Origin: Acidobacteriota bacterium
GTDB taxonomy: Bacteria > Acidobacteriota > Vicinamibacteria > Vicinamibacterales > UBA2999
Direction: 5' to 3'
DNA length: 64,000 nt
Assembly: GCA_041178345.1 (NCBI GenBank)
Contig: JBEGVQ010000167.1
Span: 8,986 to 72,985, forward strand
Part shown: positions 43,887 through 58,823 of the stretch, piece by piece
How positions within the stretch are numbered: position 1 is the stretch's first letter
Layout of the letters: each line of letters opens with the position of its first letter
Program-made: the position numbers and the translations under genes
Notes under the pieces: model-generated
The model's input: only the letters and a program-made list of their open reading frames with translations
What the model was told of the DNA's origin: nothing
Databases searched by the model: none

Positions 43887-44225
43887 ATGGCGGAGCCTGA
43901 ATACAGCCTGGTGCTGACGACCTTTCCGATGGAGGGCGGGTTGGAGGCGTTTGCGCGGACGCTGGTGGACGAGCGGCTGGCGGCGTGCGTGAGCGTGCTG
44001 CCGCCGATGCAGTCGTTTTACCGGTGGAAGGGGGCAGTCGAAACCGTTAGCGAGCGGCAAGTGATCGTCAAGACCAAGGCCGCCCAGGTGGCGGCCCTTG
44101 AACAGCGTGTGCAGGCGTTGCACCCTTACGACGTGCCGGAATTTCTCGTCCTCGACATTGAGGCGGGCAGCCCCGCCTATCTCGCCTGGCTCAACGAAAG
44201 CACCGGCCAGGAAAGTCCTGGCTAG
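43887..44225 (+). CDS. cutA: divalent-cation tolerance protein CutA
   Basis: LVLTTFP...RLAACVSVLPPMQSFYRWKG......KT......L......HPYDVPEF. Confidence 0.9.
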   Translation: MAEPEYSLVLTTFPMEGGLEAFARTLVDERLAACVSVLPPMQSFYRWKGAVETVSERQVIVKTKAAQVAALEQRVQALHPYDVPEFLVLDIEAGSPAYLAWLNESTGQESPG

Positions 44226-45382
44226 ATCGTCGCGAGCGCCTGCGCCAGGTCCGCCTGCAGGTCCTCGACATCCTCGATGCCGACGGAAATGCGGATCAGG
44301 CCGTCGGTGATGCCCAGCATCGCGCGCCGCTCGGGCGGCACCGACGCATGGGTCATGATCGCCGGGTGCGAAATCAGCGTCTCGACGCCGCCCAGGCTTT
44401 CGGCCAGCGCCATCAGCTTCAGGTTGTTCAAGACACTCTTGGCGGCGTCCAGTGAACCCACGTCAAATGAAATCAGGCCGCCAAACCCGCGCATTTGCCG
44501 CTTGGCGAGCGCATGGTGCGGGTGCGACGTGAGACCGGGGTAGATGGTCCGCTGGACTTGCTTGTGGCCCGCCAGGAATTCGGCCATGACCTGCGCGTTG
44601 GAGTTGGTCCGCTCCATGCGCACGGTCAGCGTCTTGGTCCCGCGAAGGATCAGCCACGAGTCCATTGGCCCCAGGATTGCACCCGCTGCGTTCTGCACGA
44701 ACTTGAACCAATCGACATCGTCCTGGTGCTTGAGAATGACCACGCCGCCGACGCTGTCGCTGTGGCCGTTCAGGAACTTCGTGGTGCTGTGCAGCGCCAT
44801 GTCGGCGCCGAGCGTGAGGGGTTGCTGGATGTAGGGACTGGCGAACGTGTTGTCCACGACGACGCGGACGTTCCTGGCGTGCGCAATCTCGCTCACCGCG
44901 GCGATGTCGGTGATGTGCAGCATCGGGTTGGTCGGGGTCTCGATGAACAGGTACTTCGTATTGGGCTTGATGGCCGGTCCCACGAGTTCCGGCTTCGAGG
45001 TGTCGACGTAGGTAAAGTCGAGGCCGAACTTGCGGCGGACCCGTTCGAACAGCCGGAAGGTGCCGCCGTAGGTGTTATCGCTGACGAGCACGTGGTCTCC
45101 GGATTCGAGGCGGGTGAGCACCGCATCGATCGCCGCCATGCCCGAGGCAAACGCGAACGCCGCCGTGCCGGCCTCGATCGCGGCAATGTTCCGCTCGAGG
45201 GCCATGCGGGTCGGGTTCTGGGTGCGGCCGTACTCGAAGCCGGCGTGCGGCTGGCCGAGGCCGTCCTGCACGTAGGTGGACGTCTGGTAAATCGGCGTGA
45301 TGATGGCGCCGGTGGCCGGGTCAGGTTCCTGACCGGCATGGATGCAGATGGTACTGAAGCGGGCGGAGTCGTTAAGTTTCAT
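44222..45382 (-). CDS. PLP-dependent Cys/Met-metabolism enzyme (cystathionine gamma-synthase, gamma-lyase or beta-lyase)
   Basis: 386 aa. STTKFLNGHSD is the PLP-lysine motif. YGRTQNPT N-terminal block. Confidence 0.9.
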   Translation of the reverse strand: MKLNDSARFSTICIHAGQEPDPATGAIITPIYQTSTYVQDGLGQPHAGFEYGRTQNPTRMALERNIAAIEAGTAAFAFASGMAAIDAVLTRLESGDHVLVSDNTYGGTFRLFERVRRKFGLDFTYVDTSKPELVGPAIKPNTKYLFIETPTNPMLHITDIAAVSEIAHARNVRVVVDNTFASPYIQQPLTLGADMALHSTTKFLNGHSDSVGGVVILKHQDDVDWFKFVQNAAGAILGPMDSWLILRGTKTLTVRMERTNSNAQVMAEFLAGHKQVQRTIYPGLTSHPHHALAKRQMRGFGGLISFDVGSLDAAKSVLNNLKLMALAESLGGVETLISHPAIMTHASVPPERRAMLGITDGLIRISVGIEDVEDLQADLAQALATI

Positions 45383-45467
45383 GGGATCTGTCGGTTAACG
45401 ATACTCTGGTATGATTTTCGCGCGCAATTGCCGCGCGCCGCCCGGCGCCGTGGCGCCGAAGCGCCCC

Positions 45468-47666
45468 ATGAATAATCCTGTCCGTCCTGCCGCCTTGCTG
45501 CCCGGCGATATGCCGTCGCGGTGGCACGTGTGGCGACGGTGGCTGCTCCGCACCTTCCCCGGTCGCGCGCTTCTGCTCGGCCTGGCGATCAAGCTCGTGA
45601 CGTGGCCGCTCGGCTTCGCGATGCCGCTGCCGGCGGCGGTCGAGGCGATCGACATGGCCGGCAGCCTGGCGCTGCTGTTCGCCTGTGCGTACGGGCTGAC
45701 ACGGCTCGGGATGTGGGGCAAGCGGCGGCTGCTATGGCGGGTCCGCCGCAAGCTGATCCTGTCGTACGTGTTCGTCGGCGTCGTGCCGGCCCTGCTCGTG
45801 ATCACGTTCTTCTTGCTGGCCGGCTTGATCCTGCTGTTCAACGTGAGTTCCTACCTGGTGCAGACGCGCGTGCGCTCGCTGACCGACCAGGCGCGGTTTC
45901 TCGCGCAGACCGCACAGCTCGAGGTGCAGCGCAGCGCGACCGCCGCCAACGTCGCCGAAGCCCTCGAGCGCCGGCAGTCGAGCACCGAGACCCGGTACCC
46001 CTATCTCTCGCTCGCGATCATTCCGGCCTCGGGGCTGAGCTGCCCGGCGGCAGGTGCGCGTGCCGCGCGCGTGCCGCGGGCGCTGCCGGCCCAGCTGCCC
46101 ATTGCGGCCGGGGCCTGGTCGCACCTCGAGGTGCCGGCGGCGCTGCCCAAGTGGGTCACGTGCGACGGCTTCGCCGGGATCGTGGCGTTCGAGGTGCCGC
46201 CGGACGGCACCGGCGAAGAGGGCGGCACCCGCCTGGTCATGCGGGCGGTCGCGTTGCCGGAAGTGGCGAACCCGGCGTGGGCGGTCGTCCTCGACATGCC
46301 GCTGTCGACGGCCATCGAACAGCGGCTCACCGAGGAAACCGGCATCCGCATGGGGGCGGTCACGGCGTTACTCGGCGAAGCGCGGCGGCTGCCGCTCGGC
46401 CGCGCATTCGAGCGGCGCCCGCCGGATCCCGAGAACACCCCGTTCTTCTCGCTGGCGACGCAGCGGTGGGTGGCGTTTCTCGATGTTTCCGACTGGACCA
46501 CCGGCGAGCCCGAGAGCGCATCGGTCGCGATCCTGATCAACGTCTGGGAGATCTACAACCGCCTCTCGATCGTGTCGCAGGCGGGCGTCGGCAGCATGAG
46601 CTTCGGGCAGCTGCTGTTGCTGGTCCTGGCGGTGATCGGCACGCTGTTCCTGATCATCCAGTTCGTGGCGCTGGTGATCGGCTTCGTTCTGGCGCGGCAG
46701 ATCACGGGCGCGGTCCACGACTTGTTTACCGGCACACAGCACGTGCGCGCCGGCGACTTCGGCCACCAGATTCCCGTGCGCGCGCGCGATCAACTCGGCG
46801 AGCTCGCCGAATCGTTCAACCTGATGACCGGCGAAGTGACGACGCTGCTCGGCGAGATGGCCGACAAGGGCCGCATGGAGCAGGAGATGTTCGCGGCGCG
46901 CGCCATCCAGCAGAAGCTGCTGCCGAGCGGGCCGCTGCGCGTGGCCGGGCTGGCGATCTCGGCGTTTTGTGAACCGGCGCGCGAAGTGGCCGGGGACTAC
47001 TACGACTTCCTGCCGATCACCGACACCATGACCGGCGTGCTGATTGCCGACGTGGCGGGCAAGGGCCTGGCGGCCGGCCTGTACATGGCCCAGCTCAAGG
47101 TGATCGTGCAATCGCTCGCGCGGCTGCATCACGAGCCGAAAGAATTCCTGTCGGCGGTGAACCGGGTGGTCTCGGCCAACCTCGACGCCGCCAGCTTCAT
47201 CACCATGACCTACGGCGTGATCGACGTCGAGCGGCGCGAGATGACGTTCGCGCGCGCCGGTCATTGCCCGCTGATTCACGTGCCGGCGGATCAGCCGCCG
47301 GGCCGCCGCAAGGCGCGGTTGCTCGTCCCCGATGGCCTGGTCGTCGGCCTGCAGATCGACGATGGCACCATGTTCGACGGGCTGCTGCAGGAACAGACCA
47401 TCAGCCTGGCGCCCGGGGACCTCGTGGTGTGGTTCACCGACGGCATCTCGGAAACCATGAACGAGGCCTTCGACTGCTTCGGAGAGGAACGCCTGGCCCA
47501 GGTGGTGGAGCAATACGCGCACCTGCCGTTCGACCAGTTGCGGTCGTATATCCTGGCCGAGCTGCGCGCCTTCGCGAGCGGCGCCGACCAGCACGACGAC
47601 ATGACCATGATCCTGATGAAGATGGACCTGCCGGCGCCGGCGATCGGTTCAGGGACGGTGGCGTGA
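45468..47666 (+). CDS. membrane HAMP-domain PP2C (SpoIIE/RsbU-type) serine phosphatase
   Basis: N-terminal TMs, a HAMP-like segment (ARQITGAVHDLFTGTQHVRAGDFGHQIPVRARDQLGELAESFNLM) and PP2C blocks VAGDYYDF, DVAGKG, TDGISE and DDMT. The start may be 45411 or 45468. Confidence 0.85.
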   Translation: MNNPVRPAALLPGDMPSRWHVWRRWLLRTFPGRALLLGLAIKLVTWPLGFAMPLPAAVEAIDMAGSLALLFACAYGLTRLGMWGKRRLLWRVRRKLILSYVFVGVVPALLVITFFLLAGLILLFNVSSYLVQTRVRSLTDQARFLAQTAQLEVQRSATAANVAEALERRQSSTETRYPYLSLAIIPASGLSCPAAGARAARVPRALPAQLPIAAGAWSHLEVPAALPKWVTCDGFAGIVAFEVPPDGTGEEGGTRLVMRAVALPEVANPAWAVVLDMPLSTAIEQRLTEETGIRMGAVTALLGEARRLPLGRAFERRPPDPENTPFFSLATQRWVAFLDVSDWTTGEPESASVAILINVWEIYNRLSIVSQAGVGSMSFGQLLLLVLAVIGTLFLIIQFVALVIGFVLARQITGAVHDLFTGTQHVRAGDFGHQIPVRARDQLGELAESFNLMTGEVTTLLGEMADKGRMEQEMFAARAIQQKLLPSGPLRVAGLAISAFCEPAREVAGDYYDFLPITDTMTGVLIADVAGKGLAAGLYMAQLKVIVQSLARLHHEPKEFLSAVNRVVSANLDAASFITMTYGVIDVERREMTFARAGHCPLIHVPADQPPGRRKARLLVPDGLVVGLQIDDGTMFDGLLQEQTISLAPGDLVVWFTDGISETMNEAFDCFGEERLAQVVEQYAHLPFDQLRSYILAELRAFASGADQHDDMTMILMKMDLPAPAIGSGTVA

Positions 47667-48613
47667 TCGACCACGGCCTGACCGTCATTTTCCGGACGCA
47701 ATCCGACATCGAAGCCAACGTCATCGAGGGCTTGCTCGACAGCCATGGCATTGAATCGCTGCGAACCGCCGGTCCGATACCGGGCCTGTTCCCGTTTTCG
47801 CTGAACCCGCTCGGCGAAACCCAGATCTCGGTGCGCACCGACGAAGCGGCCGAGGCGGTGCGGGTCATCGACAGCTACCGGGCGCAGGCGGGCGCCGGCG
47901 TCGTGGTCCCGCTGTCGCAGGCATTCTCCGCGCTCGAAAGTCGCGTGGGCTACCGTTTCCGCGATCGTGGCCTGCTCGAGCACGCCTTGACGCACAAGTC
48001 GAAAGCCCACGAGGACCCGAGCGGCGGGGTGGTCGACAACGAGTCGCTGGAGTTCCTGGGCGACGCGGTGCTGGGGCTGGTCGTGTCGGACGCGCTGTTT
48101 CGCGCGTTCCCCACTTACTCGGAAGGGCAGAAGTCGAAGATCAAGGCCAACCTGGTCTCGACCGCGTCGCTGGCGGAAATGGCCGACCTGCTGGGCCTCG
48201 GCGAGCACATGATTCTTGGCCGGGGCGAGGAGAAGACCGGCGGCCGTCACAAGCAGGCGCTGCTGGCCGACACCTGCGAGGCGCTGATTGCGGCGATTTA
48301 CCTCGACGGAGGACTCGAACCGGCGCGGCAGTTCCTGATGCGCGAGCTGGCGGGCCACATCGAAGACGCGCGGCAGCCCGAGTACTTCGGCCGCGATCAC
48401 AAGTCGCGGTTGCAGGAGCGGCTGCAGGGCCTGGGCCGCCCGCTGCCGGCGTACCGCATTGCCAGCGAGCTCGGCCCCGATCATCGCAAGCTGTTCTACG
48501 TTGACGTGGTGGTGGGCGACGCGGTACTGGCGCAGGGGGCGGGACGGACGAAGAAGGAAGCCGAACAGGAAGGGGCCAGGCTGGCGCTCGCCGAGATTAC
48601 GAAGACCGAATAG
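47663..48613 (+). CDS. rnc: ribonuclease III with ~75-aa N-terminal DUF2007-like extension
   Basis: The GTG overlaps the phosphatase stop (GTGA). RNase III signature ESLEFLGDAVLGLVV. dsRBD DHKSRLQERLQG...KKEAEQEGARLAL. Confidence 0.9.
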   Translation: MIDHGLTVIFRTQSDIEANVIEGLLDSHGIESLRTAGPIPGLFPFSLNPLGETQISVRTDEAAEAVRVIDSYRAQAGAGVVVPLSQAFSALESRVGYRFRDRGLLEHALTHKSKAHEDPSGGVVDNESLEFLGDAVLGLVVSDALFRAFPTYSEGQKSKIKANLVSTASLAEMADLLGLGEHMILGRGEEKTGGRHKQALLADTCEALIAAIYLDGGLEPARQFLMRELAGHIEDARQPEYFGRDHKSRLQERLQGLGRPLPAYRIASELGPDHRKLFYVDVVVGDAVLAQGAGRTKKEAEQEGARLALAEITKTE

Positions 48614-48720
48614 CGACGGTCCGGCTACAAAGCCGGACGCCACAAACAACCTCAAGCCGGACGCCACCGCCGAGACGGTCATGTGCCGCCGAGCGATCCG
48701 GAACGGCCCGCCTAGCTGGC

Positions 48721-48748
48721 GGGAGTCGGGAGCCGGGAACCGGGAGTC
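48721..48748. repeat. GGGAGYC heptamers (family F1) next to a TCGACTAGTCGA palindrome
   Basis: gggagtc gggagcc gggaacc gggagtc, then the perfect 12-bp palindrome at 48747-48758 that contains the ATPase stop codon. Confidence 0.85.
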
Positions 48749-48750
48749 GA

Positions 48751-49899
48751 CTAGTCGATCTCGATGATGCCCCAGTCCTTGCGATCGCCGGCGCCGGCCG
48801 CGGCCATGGCGTGCGCCGGTTCGGCCTGCGGCAGGCGCGCCATCGCGTACGCCTGCACTTCGCGCGCCACCTCATCCACCGACGGCGGCACCGGGCGGCA
48901 GTGCAGCCGGACCCACAGGCGCATCAGCGGATCCGAGAAGCTGTAGCGCTTCTGCCGCGACCCGATCAGATCCACGTCTTCGAGCCACGACAGGTAGTCC
49001 TTGGTCGAGCCCGGCGTGCGATGCAGCCGGTGGGCGACTTCGGTGAGCGTGAGTGGCTCTTCCTCGGCGAGGATCTCGAGAATCGCCTTCAGTGCGCCGT
49101 AGCCGCGGGCCTTGTGCAGGCGCAGCTCGTAGCGGTGGCCGCACCAGCCGGCCAGCGCGCCCTCGCCGGTGAGCAGCGCCGTCAGCGCGCTGATCGGGTC
49201 GCCGCCGCGGCCGCTCATCGAGGACGCGGCGTCGCCGAGCGCGCGCACGTACGCGGCGCGGCCGTCGGCCAGCGCCTGGATGGTGCGCCCCAGGTAATCG
49301 CGATCGTCGGCCGAGGTATCGCCCATCGGTGGCAGCATCGCCGTGACTTCGGCCGCGCCGAGCGGCGGCAGGTGGATCACTTCAAAGCGTGGGTGCCCGT
49401 CGCGCAGCAGGCGGTGCGCACGCGCGACATAGCGGCTGGTCAGCACGAAGCGGTTCGAGCTGTCCGCCATCGCGTGCAGCATCTCGCGCAGCACGTGGCG
49501 CAGGCCCGGGAAGCTCTCGAACGTGCGCAACTCGAGCACTTCGTCGAACAGGAAAGTGGCGGGCGCGCCATTGCGGGCGCGGGTGCGGCCAATCAAGCTC
49601 AGGGTGCGGTCGAAGGCATCGCGCGCCGACGCGACGGCGTCCTGGGGCGCCGCGGCGGCGGCGCCGTTGAGCGAAAACGGCGAGGCCGCCGCGACCGCCT
49701 GGTGGAAGCGCTCGGGCGTGCTGGCGGCCCGTTCGACGTCCACGTACTGGCACTGGTCGCGGCCCATGCGATCGCCAAGCGCGTGCAACAGCGTGGTGCG
49801 GCCCGAGCCGCACCCGCCGATGACCACCGGAATGCGTGGCGGCGTCGCGTCGAGCGCGGCGAGAACGCGGCGTTCAAGGCCGGCGTGGGGAGCCATCAT
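48751..49899 (-). CDS. P-loop ATPase (archaeal-ATPase/ORC-like) with C-terminal winged-helix region
   Basis: 382 aa. [14 protein letters not shown] is Walker A and FLFDEV is Walker B. The C-terminal [30 protein letters not shown] is wHTH-like. The start overlaps the hutU stop (ATGA). Confidence 0.7.
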   Translation of the reverse strand: MMAPHAGLERRVLAALDATPPRIPVVIGGCGSGRTTLLHALGDRMGRDQCQYVDVERAASTPERFHQAVAAASPFSLNGAAAAAPQDAVASARDAFDRTLSLIGRTRARNGAPATFLFDEVLELRTFESFPGLRHVLREMLHAMADSSNRFVLTSRYVARAHRLLRDGHPRFEVIHLPPLGAAEVTAMLPPMGDTSADDRDYLGRTIQALADGRAAYVRALGDAASSMSGRGGDPISALTALLTGEGALAGWCGHRYELRLHKARGYGALKAILEILAEEEPLTLTEVAHRLHRTPGSTKDYLSWLEDVDLIGSRQKRYSFSDPLMRLWVRLHCRPVPPSVDEVAREVQAYAMARLPQAEPAHAMAAAGAGDRKDWGIIEID

Positions 49900-51572
49900 C
49901 GGCTCGTCTCCTGCATGGGAATGCGTACTCCGTGATCGCGTGCGGTCTGAATCGCTTCGGGATAACCCGCATCGGCGTGCCGCACCACACCCATGCCGGG
50001 ATCGCAGGTCAGGACCCGCGCCAGGCGGTCGTCCGCCTCGCGCGTGCCGTCGGCCACGATCACCATGCCCGCATGAATGGAATAGCCAATGCCGACGCCG
50101 CCGCCGTGATGCACCGAGACCCAGGTTGCGCCCGCCGAAGCGTTCACGAGTGCATTCAAGATTGGCCAGTCGGCAATGGCGTCGCTGCCGTCGCGCATGC
50201 CCTCGGTTTCGCGATTGGGCGAGGCCACCGATCCGGTGTCGAGATGATCGCGGCCAATGACGATCGGCGCCGACACGGCGCCGGTGCGCACCAACTCGTT
50301 GAGCTTAAGGCCGAACCGGGCGCGGTCGCCCTGCCCGAGCCAGCAAATGCGCGCCGGCAGGCCCTGGAACGGCACGCGCTCGCCGGCCAGCCGGATCCAC
50401 CGGCAGAGCGGCTCGTCATGCGGGAACAACTCCAGCACCGCGCGGTCGGTGACGCGAATGTCTTCGGGGTCGCCCGACAGGGCCACCCAGCGGAACGGGC
50501 CCTTGCCCTCGCAGAACAGCGGCCGGATGTACGCCGGCACGAACCCCGGGATCTCGAACGCGTCGGCGACGCCGGCCGTGACCGCGTGCGCGCGGATGTT
50601 GTTGCCGTAGTCGAAGACCACCGCGCCGCGTTGTTGCCAGGCGCGCATGGCGGTGACGTGCACACCCATGCTGGCGACCGAACGCCGCTGGTAGCCGGCT
50701 GGATCGGCGGCGCGCAGCCGCGCGGCCTCGGCCAGCGACAGGCGCGCGGGAATGTAGCCGACGAGTGGATCGTGCGCGGAGGTCTGGTCGGTGACGACGT
50801 CGGGCAGGAACCCCCGCGCGACGAGCGCCGGCAGCACCTCGGCGGCGTTGCCGAGCACGCCGATCGAGCGCGCCACGCCGCCGGCGGCGCACTGCTGCGC
50901 GCGGCGCACCGCGGCGTCGAGGTCAGTGGTGCTCTCGTCCAGGTACTGCGACGCCAGCCGCTTGTCGATGCGCGCCGGGTCGACCTCGACGACCAGCGCC
51001 ACGCCGCCATTCATGGTGACCGCGAGCGGCTGGGCGCCGCCCATGCCGCCGAGGCCGGCGGTCACGACAATCTTGCCGCTGAGCGTTCCGCCGAAATGCC
51101 GGCGCGCGATCGCGGCGAGCGTTTCGTAGGTGCCCTGGAGAATGCCCTGCGTGCCGATGTAGATCCAGCTGCCGGCCGTCATCTGCCCGTACATCGTGAG
51201 GCCGCGGTCTTCGAGGTCGCGAAACGTCTCCCAGGTCGCCCATTTCGGCACCAGGTTCGCGTTGGCAATCAACACCCGCGGCGCGCCCGCGTGCGTTTTG
51301 AAGATGCCGACGGGTTTTCCTGATTGAACGAGGAGTGTCTCGTCGTGGGACAGCGAACGCAGCGAGCGAACGATGGCGTCAAACGCCTCCCAGCTGCGCG
51401 CCGCCTTGCCGGTGCCGCCGTAGACGATTAAATCTTCGGGCCGCTCGGCGACTTCGGGATCGAGATTGTTCATTAACATCCGCAGCGCGGCTTCCTGTGG
51501 CCAGCCCAGGCACGAGAGCGACGTGCCGCGAGGAGCGCGGAGGGAACGAACGGTCATGGGCATCGGCGGCAA
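49896..51572 (-). CDS. hutU: urocanate hydratase
   Basis: [32 protein letters not shown]...GKPVGIF...[25 protein letters not shown]. The start is ambiguous (TTG 51572, ATG 51563 or 51557). Confidence 0.95.
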   Translation of the reverse strand: MPPMPMTVRSLRAPRGTSLSCLGWPQEAALRMLMNNLDPEVAERPEDLIVYGGTGKAARSWEAFDAIVRSLRSLSHDETLLVQSGKPVGIFKTHAGAPRVLIANANLVPKWATWETFRDLEDRGLTMYGQMTAGSWIYIGTQGILQGTYETLAAIARRHFGGTLSGKIVVTAGLGGMGGAQPLAVTMNGGVALVVEVDPARIDKRLASQYLDESTTDLDAAVRRAQQCAAGGVARSIGVLGNAAEVLPALVARGFLPDVVTDQTSAHDPLVGYIPARLSLAEAARLRAADPAGYQRRSVASMGVHVTAMRAWQQRGAVVFDYGNNIRAHAVTAGVADAFEIPGFVPAYIRPLFCEGKGPFRWVALSGDPEDIRVTDRAVLELFPHDEPLCRWIRLAGERVPFQGLPARICWLGQGDRARFGLKLNELVRTGAVSAPIVIGRDHLDTGSVASPNRETEGMRDGSDAIADWPILNALVNASAGATWVSVHHGGGVGIGYSIHAGMVIVADGTREADDRLARVLTCDPGMGVVRHADAGYPEAIQTARDHGVRIPMQETSR

Positions 51573-51659
51573 CGTCGGCTCGGACGAGGGGGGGTGAGCG
51601 AGACCACATGAAACTAAGCACTGGTGCGTCGATTGTCAAACTGAAAGTGCAAACCAAAA

Positions 51660-53174
51660 TCAGTTGACAACGATGCCGGTCGCGTGCTCCAGCCTTCCGT
51701 GACGGATCAAGTTCGTGATCGCATCGATGTCGGGTGCCGGCGGCCGGTCATCAACGAGCGTCGGCACCTGCTGTCGCACCGCTGCGTGCGCGCGCATTAA
51801 CGGCTCTGAACTGCAGAGCGGCGCATGCAGGTCAATCGCCTGACACCCGCAGAGTATCTCAATCCCGATGACGTGCGTGACTAGCTGCAAGGCGCGTTCC
51901 GCTTTGAGCGCGGCATGCATGCTCATGCTCACATGATCTTCTTTGTTCGCCGAGGTGGGAATCGTGTCGACCGAGGCGGGATGCGCGAGTGTCTTGATTT
52001 CGGACGTCAGGGCGGCGGCCGTGACCTGTGCGATCATGAAACCGGATTGCAGGCCGCCATGCTGGGTCAGGAACGCCGGCAGGCCGCTCAGCGCGGGATT
52101 AACCAGTCGTTCCGACCGCCGCTCGCTGATGGTCGCAAACTGCGCCAGCGCCATGGCCAGCAAATCGGCGGCCAACGCCAGCGGCGCGCCGTGAAAATTT
52201 CCGCCCGAGACCATGTCACCTTCGGCCGCGAACACCATCGGGTTGTCGGTCGCCGAGTTCATCTCGGTGTGAACGATATGACGGACCCAGGTCAGCGCTT
52301 CCCGCGCCGCGCCATGCACCTGCGGCGTACACCGCATCGAGTAGGCATCCTGGACACGACCGCAATTGACGTGCGATGAGTTGATGCCGCTGCCCGCCAT
52401 CAAGCGCAGCAAGTTGCCCGCGACTGCGCCCTGTCCCGCAAACGGGCGAGCGTCGTGAATGCGCGCCTCGAACGGGTGCATCGAGCCCTTGAGGCCATCG
52501 ATGGACATGGCGGCCGCGAGATCGGCGGCGCGGGCCAGGCGCTCGGCGCCGGCCAGCGCCAGCGCCAGCACCGCGGTCGAGACCTGGGTGCCGTTGATCA
52601 GGGCCAACCCTTCTTTCGGGCCGAGCACCACCGGGGTCAGTCCGGCCGCCGCCAGGGCCGTCGCCCCCGCGACGCGCGCGCCCTCGTCCCAGGTCTCGCC
52701 TTCGCCGACCAGGACCAGCGCCAGGTGCGCCAGTGGCGCCAGATCGCCGCTGGCGCCGACCGACCCGCGCGACGGGACGTGCGGATGCACCCGGCGATTG
52801 AGCAGGGCCAGCAGCGCCTCGAGGGTTTCGATGCGAATACCCGAATAGCCCTTGGCGAGCACGTTGGCGCGCAGCGCCATCGAGGCGCGCACCGCCCGCA
52901 CCGGCAGCGGCGCGTCCACGCCGGCGGCATGGCTGCGCAGCAGGTTCAGTTGCAGCGCGGCGAGGTCGGCCGGTGCGATGCGCGTTTCGGCGAAGTTGCC
53001 GAAGCCGGTGTTCACGCCGTAAACCGCTTCGGTCCCAGCGGCCTTGGCCGCCACCACCGCGCGCGAGGCCGCCACGCGCGCCCGCGCCTCTGGGGCGAGA
53101 CCGACCGCTGCATAGTCGTCGGCAATCGCGAGCAGGTTGTCGAGGGAGAGCGTGGCGCCGTCCAGCAGGATCAT
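51660..53174 (-). CDS. hutH: histidine ammonia-lyase
   Basis: Starts MILLDGATLSL. The MIO-forming motif is GSVGASGDLAPLAHL. The upstream 292 codons of the 796-aa ORF-track entry are antisense to purA and are rejected. Confidence 0.95.
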   Translation of the reverse strand: MILLDGATLSLDNLLAIADDYAAVGLAPEARARVAASRAVVAAKAAGTEAVYGVNTGFGNFAETRIAPADLAALQLNLLRSHAAGVDAPLPVRAVRASMALRANVLAKGYSGIRIETLEALLALLNRRVHPHVPSRGSVGASGDLAPLAHLALVLVGEGETWDEGARVAGATALAAAGLTPVVLGPKEGLALINGTQVSTAVLALALAGAERLARAADLAAAMSIDGLKGSMHPFEARIHDARPFAGQGAVAGNLLRLMAGSGINSSHVNCGRVQDAYSMRCTPQVHGAAREALTWVRHIVHTEMNSATDNPMVFAAEGDMVSGGNFHGAPLALAADLLAMALAQFATISERRSERLVNPALSGLPAFLTQHGGLQSGFMIAQVTAAALTSEIKTLAHPASVDTIPTSANKEDHVSMSMHAALKAERALQLVTHVIGIEILCGCQAIDLHAPLCSSEPLMRAHAAVRQQVPTLVDDRPPAPDIDAITNLIRHGRLEHATGIVVN

Positions 53175-53195
53175 CGAGTCATTAGGATACAGTAG

Positions 53196-55165
<1,970 letters not shown>

Positions 55166-55300
55166 AGGCCGCGGAGTGTACCACGGCTCAGTGGGACGCG
55201 CCGAGCAGGCCGGGTGGTCGGACCAGCGGCACTGCTGACTGTCACACTGGATACGCTGGCCCAACTGGACGAGTCCGAGCAGAGAACCGGTGAACAGGGT

Positions 55301-57472
<2,172 letters not shown>

Positions 57473-57527
57473 GCGTCAATTCTACTGGTGGTATTCGGGC
57501 GGGTGATACGCGTGTAACAACGGTGTC

Positions 57528-58730
57528 TCAGGGCACGATCTTCAGGACGCGCCCACGCGAGTAACTCACTATATACATCTCGCCGGACGCGTCCACGCCG
57601 AACGAGCTGATCAAGCCAAGTTCCGCGGTCCCGCCGAGCAGGTCGGTCAACACCAGCAGATCCACGGCGGTAGCTTCCTGGTGTTCGTCGAGGGCGAGGC
57701 CGATCGAGTAGACGCGGCCCGCCACGTAGTCGGCGAAGAAGTATCGCCCGTTGAACATGGGGGCCAGTGCGGTGCCGCGATAGACCACCCCGCCGGTGAT
57801 CGATTGCCCATCGCTGCGCGGGTACTCGTGAATCGGGTCGGTGAGCGGCTGGTAGGCGGCCGGCTGCCGCGCATCGAACGGGTTGCGACCCTCTCGCACG
57901 CGCCACCCATAGTTGCGCCCGCCCGCACCGCGAGGCTCCCAGTTCACTTCTTCGCGCGCGCTTTGCCCGACGTCGGCAATCACCAGCGCGCCGGTGCCGC
58001 CGCGCGTCCAGTCGTCGAAGCTGTAGCGCCACGGGTTGCGCAGCCCGAAGGCCCAGATCTCCGCGAGCGCGGCAAGCGGGTCGCGGTCAACGAAGGGGTT
58101 GTCCCCGGGCACGCGGTAGCCGCGGGCGTCGCCATCGTCCACGCCGACATCGATCCGCAGCATCTTGCCGAGCAGCGAGTTCGGGTTCTGCGCGTGATTC
58201 TGCGGATCGCCGGCGCTGCCCCCGTCGCCCAGGCCGATGTACAGGAAGCCGTCGGGGCCGAAGGCCAGGTGTCCGCCGTTGTGATTCGAGAAAGGCTGCT
58301 CGATGAAGGCGCGCCCATCGGGCCAGACCAGGTCAAACCGGGAGCCAGGATCGGCCCGGCCCGTCGCGTCGCGCGTGTAGCGCGCGACGACGGTATGACC
58401 GTTGGGATCGGTGAAGTTGGCGAAGAACCGGCGCGAGGTCGCGGCGTCGGGCGGAAACGCCATGCCGAGCAGGCCGCGCTCGCCGCCCGTTGACACGTGC
58501 CCGCGAAGGTCCAGAAAGGGGGCGGGCGCAATCACGCCATTGGTGATGCGGCGAATCGTGCCGCGCTGCTCGACGACGAAGAGGGTGGCGGGATCGGTAG
58601 GGTCGGCGACAACGGCCACCGGATTGGTGAGTCCAGTCGCGACGACCGAGGTGCGCAGTTGCGCCGCCGCTTCAAGCGCGGCAGCGACGCTGAAGAAGCC
58701 GGCCAGCGCGACAAGGAGCACGGTCCGCAT
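57528..58730 (-). CDS. PQQ-dependent (soluble) sugar dehydrogenase, secreted
   Basis: HNGGHLAFGPDGFLYIGLGDGGSAGDP and RNPWRYSFD are glucose/sorbosone dehydrogenase blocks. Confidence 0.85.
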   Translation of the reverse strand: MRTVLLVALAGFFSVAAALEAAAQLRTSVVATGLTNPVAVVADPTDPATLFVVEQRGTIRRITNGVIAPAPFLDLRGHVSTGGERGLLGMAFPPDAATSRRFFANFTDPNGHTVVARYTRDATGRADPGSRFDLVWPDGRAFIEQPFSNHNGGHLAFGPDGFLYIGLGDGGSAGDPQNHAQNPNSLLGKMLRIDVGVDDGDARGYRVPGDNPFVDRDPLAALAEIWAFGLRNPWRYSFDDWTRGGTGALVIADVGQSAREEVNWEPRGAGGRNYGWRVREGRNPFDARQPAAYQPLTDPIHEYPRSDGQSITGGVVYRGTALAPMFNGRYFFADYVAGRVYSIGLALDEHQEATAVDLLVLTDLLGGTAELGLISSFGVDASGEMYIVSYSRGRVLKIVP

Positions 58731-58823
58731 CCCACGAGCTTAGCCTAACGGTGCTTGCCCTGAGCGAGCGCGCCGCCCATCGGTGCCGCGCGTGAGTGAG
58801 TCGAAGCGTAGAAGTGCGCAGTT

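Noticed and set aside
46368-48682. 408-aa and 463-aa minus-strand ORFs
   Set aside because: They are antisense shadows of the PP2C phosphatase and rnc genes.
49836-51323. 495-aa plus-strand ORF
   Set aside because: It is antisense to hutU and has Arg/Gly/Ala-rich shadow composition.
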